Shown: positions 1-12,784 of the stretch, one piece after another
Numbering within the stretch: the first letter of the stretch is position 1
Layout of the letters: each line of letters begins with the position of its first letter
From: an uncultured Mycoplasmatota bacterium
Lineage (GTDB): Bacteria; Bacillota_I; Bacilli_A; RF39; UBA660
DNA length: 64,000 nt
Assembly: GCA_948466315.1 (NCBI GenBank)
Contig: CAOJZZ010000002.1
Location: forward strand, 3,700 to 67,699
Direction: 5' to 3'
Program-made: the position numbers and the translations under genes
The notes under the pieces: generated by a model
What the model was told of the DNA's origin: nothing
The model's input: the letters and a program-made list of their open reading frames with translations, nothing else
Databases searched by the model: none

Positions 1-953
1 TTGCTCATAATAAAGCAGAAGTAAAAGAATTAGTTAAAAGGTTTGTAAAAACTGATGGAAATAATCCTGCGATTATTGTTGATAATGCAGATTGGATTTG
101 TGATAAAACCTATGTAGATTTTATGAGAGATATTGGTGTACATTTTAATATTAATAATATGTTATCAGCAGATTGTTACAAAAAAAGATTAGAAAATGGT
201 GGATTAACATTTCTTGAAATGGGATATATGTTAATGCAAGCATTTGACTTTGTTCATTTAAATAAAGAGTTTGGGTGTCAATTGCAAATTGGTGGCTCAG
301 ATCAATGGGGAAACATTTTAGCAGGTGCAGACCTTTCTCGTAAAATTGGCTTTAGTGAAGGAAAGAAAATTGAACCATTATTCGGATGGACTTGTCCATT
401 ACTTATAAAAGCAGATGGCGAAAAGATGGGAAAAACTGCTTCAGGTACACTATGGGTATCAAGAGATAAAACTACACCTTTTGATTTCTTTCAAGCGTGG
501 ATGAATTCATTTGATGAAGATGTTGAAAGAAGTTTATCTTTCTTTACTAGAATGGAAATATCCGATATTAAAGAGTTATGTCAAAAGGACATCAGAGAAG
601 CAAAGAAATTACTTGCATTTGAAGTTACTAAATTAGTTCATGGGGAAGATGAAGCAATAAAAGCTAGACAAACAGCAGAAGAATTATTTAGTAATAAAGG
701 TATTTCAGATAATATGCCTTCAACTACTATTTCTAAAGACTTATTAGAAATAAATATTGTTGATTTATTAATCGAAACAAACTTAGTATCATCTAAGTCA
801 GAAGCGAGAAGATTGATTGAACAAAATGGTATTTCTTTAAATCAAGAAAAAGTAAAATCTACTGAACAATTAGTTACTGCTAACGATTTAAACGATAATT
901 CATTAGTTTTACAAAAAGGTAAAAAAGTATTTTTAAAAGTAAAATTTGAATAA
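1..953 (+). CDS. tyrS: Tyrosyl-tRNA synthetase, C-terminal part (5' end lies outside the window)
   Basis: Reading frame is open from base 3. KMSKS-type loop present as KMGKT (ADGEKMGKTASG), GGSDQWGNI motif, C-terminal S4 domain (SKSEARRLIEQNGISLN). Confidence 0.9.
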   Translation, partial: AHNKAEVKELVKRFVKTDGNNPAIIVDNADWICDKTYVDFMRDIGVHFNINNMLSADCYKKRLENGGLTFLEMGYMLMQAFDFVHLNKEFGCQLQIGGSDQWGNILAGADLSRKIGFSEGKKIEPLFGWTCPLLIKADGEKMGKTASGTLWVSRDKTTPFDFFQAWMNSFDEDVERSLSFFTRMEISDIKELCQKDIREAKKLLAFEVTKLVHGEDEAIKARQTAEELFSNKGISDNMPSTTISKDLLEINIVDLLIETNLVSSKSEARRLIEQNGISLNQEKVKSTEQLVTANDLNDNSLVLQKGKKVFLKVKFE

Positions 954-979
954 AACAAAAGATGATAAAGAGCTTTAAA

Positions 980-2359
980 TTATCGCTCAATATCATCTTT
1001 TTCTATTACTGATTTATTATTATTTGAAGTTTTATCATCTTGAAGTAATTTAAAATCATCTTCTTCTAAAGCACCATGCTCATATAATTCTTTAGCAAAT
1101 TCCATATATTTTTCTTTGTCTTTTTCTCTAAAAATTCTGTCCATAAGAAATTTAACAAGGTTGTAAATTAAGTTTTTAAAATGTTCTAAGGATGATTTTA
1201 AAAAATGATTTTCTTCTTTTAAATCATTGATTTCTTCATTTTTAGAATTAATTTTTTCTTTTAGATAGTCAACTTCGGAACTAAGATCCTTATTGTTTTT
1301 TAATAATAAATTAATTCGATCACGATTATTAAGAAGCTCACTTTCTAATTCTTTTAAAGTAACAGTTAGTTCTTGAATATTTTCATATTCAGCAATAGTT
1401 TTATCTAATAAATCAATAAAAACAATTGCTTTATCTCTATCAATAACATCTAATACTAATTGACTTTTAATTAATCCTTTTGATTTTAAATTCTCTAGCA
1501 TCTCTCTAATTTCTTTAGTCTTATTTTTTAAATTATCGTTTTTATCTTTTATTCTTTCTAAGTTGGTTTGATGACTTTCAACCGATTTTTTCATCTTTTG
1601 ATAGTTTTCCATTTCGGTTATATGATAATCACGATTTCGACCTTTTAATTTGGGCTTTAACTTATAATTTGTTTGATATTCTTTGTTGAAAGATTCAATA
1701 GAAAGTAGTCTTATTTTATCTTGAATTTTGGTTAATGATTCTTTAGTAAAAACATCAGACTTACCAACTTGTTTAGACATACCATACTTATTTTTAACTT
1801 TAATAGGAACACCAATTATATGAAGATGTGGGCTTGTTTCATCATAATGAATGATAGCACTAGCAATCTTAAAATCAGGAGCTAATTTTTCTAAATCTTT
1901 AACTTGTTCTTCAAATACATTAGTCATTTTCTTTTTATAGTTTATATCTTTTGTACCCCAAAATTTCATATCGCCAAGCTCAATAATTATCTCACAAGCT
2001 AAATCATTTTTAGTATTATTACTAACATGAGTAAAATAATCTTTTATCTTTCTATCTTCACGAACTTGTCTAGAATTATATTCAATTCTTGCTTCTTCAA
2101 ATTCATCTTTATATAATTTTTTCACATCATTTACTATTGAATTAGTACCACGAATAATTTCAATATCATATTCTCTGTCATCATATTTTCTACAATTATG
2201 ATTGTCACATTTAGATAATCCTGCTGCATTTTGAATAGCATTATTACTCTTAGATGTTGTACCACTTAAATTAGATTTAGCACTTGCTTTACTACTGTTT
2301 TTCTTATTTTTATCATTACTTAAATGAAAAGAATAACCTAAGCTAGTTATATAAATCAT
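980..2359 (-). CDS. MobV-family (Mob/Pre) relaxase
   Basis: HxDE..PHxH motif present as IIHYDETSPHLHIIGVP. Long C-terminal coiled-coil region typical of Mob/Pre proteins. RBS-like AAGGAGA lies upstream of the ATG. Confidence 0.8.
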   Translation of the reverse strand: MIYITSLGYSFHLSNDKNKKNSSKASAKSNLSGTTSKSNNAIQNAAGLSKCDNHNCRKYDDREYDIEIIRGTNSIVNDVKKLYKDEFEEARIEYNSRQVREDRKIKDYFTHVSNNTKNDLACEIIIELGDMKFWGTKDINYKKKMTNVFEEQVKDLEKLAPDFKIASAIIHYDETSPHLHIIGVPIKVKNKYGMSKQVGKSDVFTKESLTKIQDKIRLLSIESFNKEYQTNYKLKPKLKGRNRDYHITEMENYQKMKKSVESHQTNLERIKDKNDNLKNKTKEIREMLENLKSKGLIKSQLVLDVIDRDKAIVFIDLLDKTIAEYENIQELTVTLKELESELLNNRDRINLLLKNNKDLSSEVDYLKEKINSKNEEINDLKEENHFLKSSLEHFKNLIYNLVKFLMDRIFREKDKEKYMEFAKELYEHGALEEDDFKLLQDDKTSNNNKSVIEKDDIER

Positions 2360-2389
2360 ATCTCCTTTCTTTTGGTGTTTTTAGGCTAT

Positions 2390-2468
2390 ATTTTGTTTTG
2401 ACAAAATATTTAACCCCCTAGGCATTTTGTCATGCTAACAAAATACGGGGGGCTAAGGCTTGCCTTAG
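2390..2468. promoter_or_regulatory. Inverted-repeat cluster between the mob start and the recombinase stop; candidate oriT and/or terminator
   Basis: IR attttgt-tttg-acaaaat (2390-2407). C5 (2414-2418) can pair with G6 (2447-2452). Perfect hairpin ctaaggc-tt-gccttag (2453-2468). Confidence 0.35.
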
Positions 2469-2482
2469 AATCCATGAAGCAA

Positions 2483-4537
<2,055 letters not shown>

Positions 4538-4608
4538 CTATGGGATAACTCTTTATCCACTATATCAATTATACAACTTTTGTCTTAAAATGTCCATCCT
4601 GTGAAAGT

Positions 4609-4884
4609 CTACTTCATAGTGTTTAAATAGTTTTCTAACTCTGATATTTGTATTTTATTTGCTAGATTTTTAATATAAATATCAGTAGAATAATTAAATA
4701 CAAGAAATGTAATACCTTTAATAATAACTCTATGAGGTTCTATAAAGTTTAAATTAGATTTATCAATCTTTCTAATACTACCATTAATGAATGTGGGTTT
4801 AGTTTTGCAAAATTGACAAATAAATTCTAATCGTTGCTTTAAACTTTCTTCCATTTCAATTTCTTGCTTAATGATTTGAATCAT
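4609..4884 (-). CDS. Hypothetical protein (91 aa) upstream of the recombinase; possible accessory or directionality factor
   Basis: ORF with AAAGGAAGG RBS 9 nt before the ATG at 4884. No recognisable motif. Confidence 0.4.
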   Translation of the reverse strand: MIQIIKQEIEMEESLKQRLEFICQFCKTKPTFINGSIRKIDKSNLNFIEPHRVIIKGITFLVFNYSTDIYIKNLANKIQISELENYLNTMK

Positions 4885-4990
4885 AAACACCATCCTTCCT
4901 TTAGGATGATTTCTTTGTAACAACAAAAAAACCAATCTTTCGATTGATTTCTATATATCAATGTCCGAAAAGTTCGAACAGATTCGTCAA

Positions 4991-5064
4991 TGGAGCGGAT
5001 GAGGAGAATCGAACTCCCGTAGTTAGCTTGGAAGGCTAAGGTTCTACCATTAAACTACATCCGC
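4991..5064 (-). tRNA. tRNA-Gly (anticodon UCC), CCA encoded
   Basis: Reverse complement GCGGATGTAGTTTAATGGTAGAACCTTAGCCTTCCAAGCTAACTACGGGAGTTCGATTCTCCTCATCCGCTCCA folds as a cloverleaf. Anticodon loop is CTTCCAA; T-arm is GGGAGTTCGATTCTCC. Confidence 0.9.
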
Positions 5065-5102
5065 AATAAATTATGTCTAACTAAATAAAGTAGACATTTT
5101 TA

Positions 5103-5130
5103 ATTATACTAAAAAATAAGATATTGTCAA
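5103..5130 (-). promoter_or_regulatory. Sigma-A-type promoter for tRNA-Gly
   Basis: On the minus strand: TTGACA (5130-5125), 16-nt spacer, TATAAT (5108-5103), about 40 nt upstream of the tRNA 5' end. Confidence 0.5.
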
Positions 5131-5196
5131 GTACTTTTTTTGAGTTTTTGTTTATTTTTATGATTAATCTGTTATAATGTCTTAAGTGTTATTCCT

Positions 5197-6649
5197 GGAA
5201 AATGTCTCAGTAATAATATATAATATGCCACTTGAGGTGGCAAAATGAGAAAGGTAAAGTTGGTTTCGTTCACGGCAACAGGACAAGAAAACCGATTAAT
5301 GTTTTTGATAACTCAATCTCCGAAAATATTATAACACTATATAAAAATAAATACTATGATTTTAATTTTAATCACTTTAAATAATTTCTAAAGATGAATG
5401 AAAATATAAATGTCTCTTATAAATTTATTTATAATACTTTAACAAAAGATGGCTTTTTATCTCCTAAAACTAGAAAGAAAACAAAGAGAAAATTTGCCAA
5501 TCAAAGACTACTTCAAGAAAAGAAAATAAATTCAATTATGTCTGATGAACAAATAAAATCTATTATAACCCACGAAGTAGCTTTAGAAGACTCTTATTCT
5601 AGGGGTGAAAAGCCTAAATATTTTGGCGAAGTAATTGAGCAAAATGGTTCTATCCACCTATGGTTTGGAAAAACCAAAATATGCTTACATCTAGCTATTG
5701 ACAAAGCTACCTCTACTATTGTTGGGGCTTGGTTTGATAAACAAGAAACACTTAATGGTTATTATCATGTACTTTATCAAATACTTACTGATTGTGGCAT
5801 CCCATATAAATTTCTTACAGATAATCGTACAGTGTTTAACTATGTATCTCTAAATCTAGATAAACGTACATCTGATAAAGGCGTTTTAACTCAATATGGT
5901 TATGCTTGTAAACAACTAGGTGTTGATTTAGAAACTACCTCTGTATCTCAAACTAAAGGTCTTATAGAAAGAACAAATTGAACCTTTCAAGGTAGATTAG
6001 TTCAAGAATTGAGACTGAATAATATTAATACTATAGAAGAAGCTAATAAGTATTTACTAGAGGTATTTATTCCTTATTATAATCAAAGATTTGCCTTAGA
6101 TTATAATAAGTTTTTGTCTGTCTTTGAAAAGGTACAGAACACTAATAAAATCAACTATACATTATCAGTATTGACCCTTAGAAAAATAGATAATGGAAAT
6201 GCAATCAAATTTAAAAACAAGTATTATCAACCTTACTTGAATGGAGAATTAAAATGTTTTATGCCAAAAACAGAATGCTTAGTGATTGAGTCATATAATG
6301 GTGATTTACTGGTCTCTATTGATGAAAACATTTATGAAATGAAGGAATTATTGAGAAATGCAAAGTATTAAAAGGAATTTGATGAGAATATAGAGTTAAA
6401 AGAAAAAAGAAATATATTTCTCCTATGTTACATCTATTCAAAGCAGAATCATTTAAAAAGCACACACAAAACATGTATATGCTTAGGAGAAATCTTTATG
6501 CCGAGAAAACTTTTTACAATATCAAATTTATTTGTTTTGAAAAAATGATGATTAAAACAAACTATAAATCAGTCAAGTAAATTTGATTTGTCAAAAGGAA
6601 ATTGGAATAAATTTTTTCGTTAATATTTAATTTTTTTGAGACATTTTCC
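5197..6649 (+). mobile_element. Degenerate ISNCY-like insertion sequence
   Basis: Perfect 13-nt terminal inverted repeat GGAAAATGTCTCA (5197-5209) / TGAGACATTTTCC (6637-6649) brackets a disrupted DDE transposase gene. Confidence 0.55.
5230..6371 (+). pseudogene. ISNCY-family (IS1202-group-like) DDE transposase, disrupted
   Basis: One frame reads ..FVHGNRTRKPINV..IITLYKNKYYDFNFNHFK*FLKMNENINVSY.. (in-frame TAA), then ..TKGLIERTN*TFQGRLVQELRL.. (in-frame TGA at 5979-5981). The N-terminal HTH part is missing. rve-like core: LHLAIDKATS..FLTDNRTVF. Confidence 0.6.
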
Positions 6650-6672
6650 CAAACTATTGACAAGAACTTAGT

Positions 6673-7863
6673 TCAATATTTACGGAATCTGTCTTGAAAT
6701 TGTGGATGGGTATCTAACTGATTTCTAACCAGAGACCAATTTTGAATAGTAGAATCTTCTCATTTTTTATAGAGTTCAGTAACACGTAAATATAATAATT
6801 TGAAAAGAGTATTTTCATTAGTAAAGGCTCTTTTTTTTGTAACCTTTCTAAATGATGAATTAACGGATTCGATTGCATTTGTTATGTACATAATTTTTCT
6901 TATGTCACTAGGATAATCAAAGAGTTGTTATACATGTTTGAAATTGCGTTGCCATATTCAACTGCACCAAGATATTTTGACTATGTTGTTTTAAATTTTT
7001 CAAATTCACTTTGAGCATTTTTTAGATTAGGGACACTATAAATTAATTTAAGATTAGCAGTGAATTTTTTATAGTCTTTACTTGGAACATGTTTTTAAGG
7101 AATTTCTAATTAAATGCACGATACATCTTTGCACAACAACACCTTTAAATATTTCTTTGGCACCATCTTCAAGACCACTGACTCCGTCCATTGAAATAAA
7201 GAAGATATCTTCAACACCACGACTCTTTATTTCATCAAATATCTGCATCCAAGAATGTTTTGATTCTGTCTCTTTTAACCAAATACCTAGAATATTTTTA
7301 TGGTCATCTATATCATAATAAACAGCACTTTCTTTACTTTCATACTCAGAACGTATAGTTACATACATACAATCTACAAATACAAATGGATAACATTTTT
7401 TAAAGGTCTTGATTGCCATTCATTTAATTCTTCTAATACACAATCAGTAATTTGCGATATAGTTTCATGAGATATTTTGAAACCATATATATCTTCTATA
7501 GTTGTAGATATGTCTCTTTGCTCATACCTTTAGCATGCATGGATAATACTTTCTTATCTATATCAGATATGTCCTTCGTATGATTTGGGGTTCAAAATAT
7601 CCATCTCTATCTCTTGGAACATTAATATTCATTTCACCCATACTAGTTTTAACGTTTTTAGATATATAGCCATTTCTTCAATTACCAGTTTGTTTTTCAT
7701 TTTTGTCATTATTTTCATAACCAAGATGACTATTCATTTCACCTTGTAACATTGCCTCAAACATAGGTCCAAATACATCTTTTAAGGCATCTTGCACATC
7801 TTTGGCTGTTTCTGGTTGATATACATCTAATATTGTTTGGACTAATTCATTTTTACTTCTCAT
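6673..7863 (-). pseudogene. IS256-family (Mutator-type) transposase, multiply disrupted
   Basis: Fragments: MRSKNELVQ..QTGN*RNGYISKNVKTSMGEMNINVPRDRDGYFEPQII, frameshift in KGMSK(R)DISTTIEDIYGF, intact block CYPFVFVDCMYVTIR..ISMDGVSGL..CIVHLIRNS, then FEKFKTT*SKY and ITNAIESVNSSFRKVTK..LYKK*EDSTIQNW. A possible outer IR lies at 7921-7945; the left end is unclear. Confidence 0.7.
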
Positions 7864-8000
7864 TTTTTACCTCTTTCTTTTATTTTATCATACTAGAAAA
7901 GTGTGTAGTTTTTTTACTAACTTACACACTTTATTTTACACTCTCAATTGATATTCATTTTTATTTTTATTGATATAGTTTCAAAACTGTCAACATTATT

Positions 8001-8870
8001 TTATTTAAATATTAATTTTTTACAATAGTAAGAGGTTTCTCCAGCCTCATCTTTTACTTTGTTATTTCTATTTGTAATATTATTTATACTGCAATAAAAA
8101 TCTTTAAATTTTTTTTCATCTTGTAATAGTTTTCTCATGTCAGATAAGAAAATGTGATAAGCTTTATCTTCTAAAAACATATTTTCTGGATTTTCTTTTC
8201 CATATCTTTTTGATAGTCTATTGAAAGTATAGTCTAAATATTCATGTATATTCATTTCTGGATTTCTCTCTTTTGCTACAAAGAAACTTCTTATGAAAAC
8301 AATTTCTATTCTAGTATTTCTGTCTGCTGATGAGATTAATTGACCATAGATTGAACGTGGTTGATCTTCTTTTGATGAACGATGATCTTCAATAGCTTCT
8401 TTTATCATGAGTCTTTCTTCATCATTAAAAAAATTCTTCATATTTTCATCTTTTATAAAATAATTGGCAGCTATTTTTTCATGTGTTTCATGGTTTATAT
8501 ATTTTCCTATGTCATGACAAGAGGCTATTGCAAATATCATATTTGGGTCTAAATTTAATTTTAAAGTTTCATTCAGTGCAAAAGAACGTCTGATTACTTC
8601 TTTAATATGAACAATGCCATGAGCTTTATCATTTTTTTCATACATAGGGAAGACTGCGGCCTCTATGTATGATTTTAGAATTTTATTAACATTTTTTGTA
8701 TAATATTTATATTCATCAATATTATTTTCTTCTATAATTTCATTTCTTACCTCATAAAATGTTTTTTTACTATCTAATGATTGATAAATTTTATATAATA
8801 AATCATCTAATGATAAATCGGGTTGTTCAGTTTTTAATTTTCTAAAGATTGTTTTTGATTTGTTTGTCAT
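8001..8870 (-). CDS. HD-domain phosphohydrolase
   Basis: HGIVHIKEV...ASCHDIGKY...EDHRSS pattern (H..HD..D). Confidence 0.6.
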   Translation of the reverse strand: MTNKSKTIFRKLKTEQPDLSLDDLLYKIYQSLDSKKTFYEVRNEIIEENNIDEYKYYTKNVNKILKSYIEAAVFPMYEKNDKAHGIVHIKEVIRRSFALNETLKLNLDPNMIFAIASCHDIGKYINHETHEKIAANYFIKDENMKNFFNDEERLMIKEAIEDHRSSKEDQPRSIYGQLISSADRNTRIEIVFIRSFFVAKERNPEMNIHEYLDYTFNRLSKRYGKENPENMFLEDKAYHIFLSDMRKLLQDEKKFKDFYCSINNITNRNNKVKDEAGETSYYCKKLIFK

Positions 8871-9051
8871 AATTTATTTATCCTTTCCTTCATTAATAAG
8901 TTTATCTAAACATAATTCATAATTTTTTTCAAGTTTTTTAAACATTTTAATTTCAATTTTATTATGTAATATTTTGCTTTTTATGTTATGATTTTTGTAA
9001 GTAGTTAGAATTTTAATTGTTAATTTATATTAGATTAAGGTGGTATTTATA

Positions 9052-9852
9052 ATGTTTGATAATGGAAATGTAGAAAGAGTTGTTGAAGCTTGTTTAGTTT
9101 GTGATATAAAATTAGCAACAGAAAGTTTTATTGTGGAGCAAAGTGATAATTTTACTAATGCAGTGAGGGAGAAAATAGATTTATTATCTCTTGATAAACA
9201 ACAAGATATTCAGAATTTTTTTTATCATATCTTAAATGTTTGTTATAATGGAAATTTGTTTTCTGATAATAGACAAGAACAGGATACTTTGATTGAAAAA
9301 TTGGATAATAAAGATATGTTTTTATTAAAAGAAAATGTTATTTATTTTTTAGGAAGATTGTCTATTTCTCCAGATATTAAGTTATTGAAAAAGATATATG
9401 ATTTAGATGAGAATAAACATATAAAATTAAATTTGGCTTTTTCTAGTCTTTCTACTTTTTGTGAGGGGATAGAAATGGATTTTGTTAATCGTTTTTCTCC
9501 TAATAATGATTATGATTTATGTTTGCGTTCTTGGACTATGGCTTATTTTAAGGCTGCTGAAAATCCTTATCAGTATGTTGATTCATCTTCTGATGATTGG
9601 GAAGTTGCTAAAATTCCTAGAATAAAAAGATTAGCTATAAATGATGAAGAAAATCCGAAATTTTTGAAGGCAATGTCTTTTAGATTAATGGATTTATTAG
9701 TTATTGATTTATTTTTAGAAAATAGAAAAAGAGATGATTTAACAATTGATGATAAAAAAATCATAGAAAATACTTTTATAGATTATGATAGATATTCTAT
9801 GCAAAAAAGAGAAAAATTACGAGAATTAAAACAAAAAATACTGAGAAAATAG
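9052..9852 (+). CDS. Hypothetical protein
   Basis: ORF with AAGGTGG RBS 8 nt before the ATG at 9052. No motif recognised. Confidence 0.4.
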   Translation: MFDNGNVERVVEACLVCDIKLATESFIVEQSDNFTNAVREKIDLLSLDKQQDIQNFFYHILNVCYNGNLFSDNRQEQDTLIEKLDNKDMFLLKENVIYFLGRLSISPDIKLLKKIYDLDENKHIKLNLAFSSLSTFCEGIEMDFVNRFSPNNDYDLCLRSWTMAYFKAAENPYQYVDSSSDDWEVAKIPRIKRLAINDEENPKFLKAMSFRLMDLLVIDLFLENRKRDDLTIDDKKIIENTFIDYDRYSMQKREKLRELKQKILRK

Positions 9853-10022
9853 ATTTATTTTTATTATAGGTTAAAATAATGGGGTTTAACTTTTATTGCA
9901 ATTAATTTATATGATAGTTAATAGTAAGCTGTTTTTGATTATAGTATTTTATAGATAAATTAAAACATACTAATTATTAGTATGAAATATGTTATTAAAT
10001 AAATATGGATATGGGTGAGAAT

Positions 10023-10709
10023 ATGAAGATTTTAGCTAGTGATTTTGATAATACTTTATTTGTAGAGGATACAAATATTTTTTTAAAAAATATTTTAGCT
10101 ATAAAAAGATTTGTTTCACATGGTGATGTTTTTTGTATTTTTACTGGAAAAAATTATTCAGATATTAAAGGTATTTTGACTAAATATAAAATTTTATATA
10201 GTTATCTTATTTGTGAAGATGGTGCTAAAATTTATAATAATATGGATTATTGTATTGATACTGTTATGATGAATTCTAAAATAATCTCTAAATGTTTAAA
10301 AGTATTTAAGAATAATAATTGTTCTTATTATTTGGATGATGGGTATAATAAGACTAATAATGTTAATGATTGTGTAAAAGTAGTAGGAATTTATGATGAT
10401 TTAAATAAGGCTTCGAAAATACTTTATGAGATACTAAGTGAGGTAGATGTTTACGCTTATCTTAGTAAAAGCCATATTAATATTGTAGATAAGTCAGTAA
10501 ATAAGTGTAATTCGTTAAAACGATTATTGAATTTAGAAGGTTTAGCTAATAATGAAATATATGTTATTGGTGATGGAATAAATGATTTAGAGTTAATTAA
10601 AAATTTTAATGGTGTAATTATGAGTAATCATAATAATAAATTAGATAATTTATGTAGAAAAGAGTATGATACTTTATATGAATATATTGAAGAATTAAGT
10701 AAAAATTAA
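10023..10709 (+). CDS. HAD-superfamily hydrolase (Cof-like phosphatase)
   Basis: Motif I SDFDNTLF, motif IV GDGINDLELI. Start could also be 10005. Confidence 0.7.
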   Translation: MKILASDFDNTLFVEDTNIFLKNILAIKRFVSHGDVFCIFTGKNYSDIKGILTKYKILYSYLICEDGAKIYNNMDYCIDTVMMNSKIISKCLKVFKNNNCSYYLDDGYNKTNNVNDCVKVVGIYDDLNKASKILYEILSEVDVYAYLSKSHINIVDKSVNKCNSLKRLLNLEGLANNEIYVIGDGINDLELIKNFNGVIMSNHNNKLDNLCRKEYDTLYEYIEELSKN

Positions 10710-10743
10710 TTCTTTTTTTTCATATACTTTTGTAGGTGATAAA

Positions 10744-11346
10744 ATGGGCGAATTTGTAATTTCTTTGATTAGTAGTTATGGTTATTTAGGAATGTTTTTG
10801 GGAATGGTTTTAGAAGCAGTTATTATTGTTATTCCTAGCGAGGCTATTTTGGCAACAGGAGGAATTTTGGCTGGTAGAGGTGTTTTTTCTTTTTGGGGAG
10901 CTTTTTTTATAGGACTTTTAGGTAGTGTTTTTTGTGCTATTGCTATTTATTTTATGGGCTATTTTGGTGGTAGACCATTCATAAAAAAGTATGGAAAATA
11001 TTTCTTTATGAAAGAGGAGGATTTGGAAAAGTCTGATTCTTGGTTTAATAAGTATGGTTTGTTGGCCGCTTTAATAGGAAGAAATTTCCCAATTATTAGG
11101 ACATTAATTTCTTTACCAATAGGAATTATGAGATTATCATTTTCTAAATTTTTAATATATACTATGATTGGTTCTATTCCATGGACTTTTGTATTTGTAT
11201 ATGTGGGTTACACATTAGGAAATAATTGGGTTGTTATTTGTGATTATATAGCAAAATTAAAAATACCTATTCAGATATTATTGGGAGTTTTAATTATTAG
11301 TTATTTTTATAAGAAAGTAACTGAAAAGATGAAAAAGAGATTGTAA
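10744..11346 (+). CDS. DedA-family membrane protein
   Basis: Polytopic. DedA-like segments PSEAILATGGILAG and GRNFPIIRTLISLPIGIMRLSF. Confidence 0.7.
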   Translation: MGEFVISLISSYGYLGMFLGMVLEAVIIVIPSEAILATGGILAGRGVFSFWGAFFIGLLGSVFCAIAIYFMGYFGGRPFIKKYGKYFFMKEEDLEKSDSWFNKYGLLAALIGRNFPIIRTLISLPIGIMRLSFSKFLIYTMIGSIPWTFVFVYVGYTLGNNWVVICDYIAKLKIPIQILLGVLIISYFYKKVTEKMKKRL

Positions 11347-11494
11347 ATTATAAAAATAATATTAATAATAAACTATAAAGATAATGTTGATTATAAATAG
11401 GTATCTTAATGAAAATAATTTTTCTATTATATTTTGATAAATCTGTAATTTTTATTAATAAAATTAGGGTTTGAATTTTTAGTATTTATTATCC

Positions 11495-12235
11495 TTAATT
11501 AAAATAGTTTTTGTGTTGTTTTTTGATTATTCCGAATTTATTAATTAGATTAGTTATTTCGTTTTGTGAAAGTATGTATTTAGAAAAACCTAATTCTTTT
11601 AAAAGATAGTAGGCATTTATAATATTTTCTGGGACTTTTGTTTCTTGTTGCCATCCAAATTGGGGATATATTATTAGTCTTTGAATATTACCAACAATAG
11701 TGGATATTGTATCTATAGCATGTTTATTTTCTTTTAATTTGTTTAAGAAATCTTCAAAAGTTATATCTGGTGATGTTATTAAAAAGGTTTTATCTTTTAA
11801 TACTGCTTTTGCACAAGATAGAGTTCTTCTTTGTGAAAGAGAACCATGAACAATAAGAATTTTATCACTTTTAATATTATTATTTTTAAGTATGTTAGAG
11901 GAAAATTTGAAATTTTCAACAGTGTTTTTTGATTTTGTTTCAATTAGAATATCTTTTTCATTAACACCTTGTTTTATAGCAATATCCTTGTATATTTCAG
12001 CCTCAGATTTATTGAAAAAATTTTTAGTTATTTTACCAAGGCCCCCAGTAAATAGTATTTTTTTTGCATATCCATCTTTGTATAACTTGGCACATTTTAT
12101 GGGTATTTCTAGGTTGGAGCAGCCACAACCCATTATTAAATCACATTTTTCTAGTGATTGATCAAGTCTCATATAATTCCATATTTCTTGTAAGGCATTT
12201 ATTATTTCTTTTTCATATTTATATAAATTATTCAT
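11495..12235 (-). CDS. YdcF/DUF218-family protein
   Basis: LIMGCGCSN...ILFTGGLG...LIVHGSLSQRR pattern typical of DUF218. Confidence 0.55.
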   Translation of the reverse strand: MNNLYKYEKEIINALQEIWNYMRLDQSLEKCDLIMGCGCSNLEIPIKCAKLYKDGYAKKILFTGGLGKITKNFFNKSEAEIYKDIAIKQGVNEKDILIETKSKNTVENFKFSSNILKNNNIKSDKILIVHGSLSQRRTLSCAKAVLKDKTFLITSPDITFEDFLNKLKENKHAIDTISTIVGNIQRLIIYPQFGWQQETKVPENIINAYYLLKELGFSKYILSQNEITNLINKFGIIKKQHKNYFN

Positions 12236-12784
12236 ATCTTCACCCTAAATATAATTAAAACAAAAAAAGAAAAAAGGTGCAATTAAAGGTGATGAAATTT
12301 TGTTATCTTTTGATAAATAATAAATTATAATTGTTATTTAACTTTATAAATTTGTGTAAATTATAGTAATATAGAAAATATTTAAATATTTATTGTTTTA
12401 TTCTAGATTGTAAAAGAGTTATTGAAAATTAAACAAAATATTTAAAATTAAATTTGGAATTTATAGAATTACACTTTACGAATTGGTACATAATCTTATT
12501 TATTATATCAGTATAATAATACGTTGTGTTAATTGATCAAATCTTTTAGAAAATAAGTGTTATCAAATTAATATTATGTAAACAATATTTCAAATAATGT
12601 CTATTTTTACTATTTCCTTTTTAAAATCAAATTCAAAAGTAAATGCAACCTTTTATAAAATAGGGGTTGCTTTTAGAAAAAAAATTCAGCAGTTCCTTTT
12701 TTATTTTAAAATAATGGGAAATGTCTAGTATTTTTATTTTTTTTATGTTATAATCAAGGGCGTTATAAGAAGAGGTGTATGAAT

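Noticed and set aside
5394-7863. In-frame TGA codons in both transposase remnants could mean the IS elements came from a genetic-code-4 (TGA=Trp) Mollicutes donor.
   Set aside because: The same genes also carry an in-frame TAA, a TAG at another conserved Trp position, and several frameshifts. Intact host genes use TGA as a stop (for example at 27957-27959 and 30360-30362). Ordinary pseudogene decay explains all of this; a code-4 origin remains possible but unsupported.
12236-12778. Long 543-nt AT-rich intergenic region upstream of typA, with a hairpin gcaacc-N14-ggttgc (12645-12670) plus TTTT. Considered as a small RNA or riboswitch.
   Set aside because: The stem is only 6 bp with a large loop. 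No conserved riboswitch core was recognised and no convincing small ORF with an RBS was found. Insufficient evidence.
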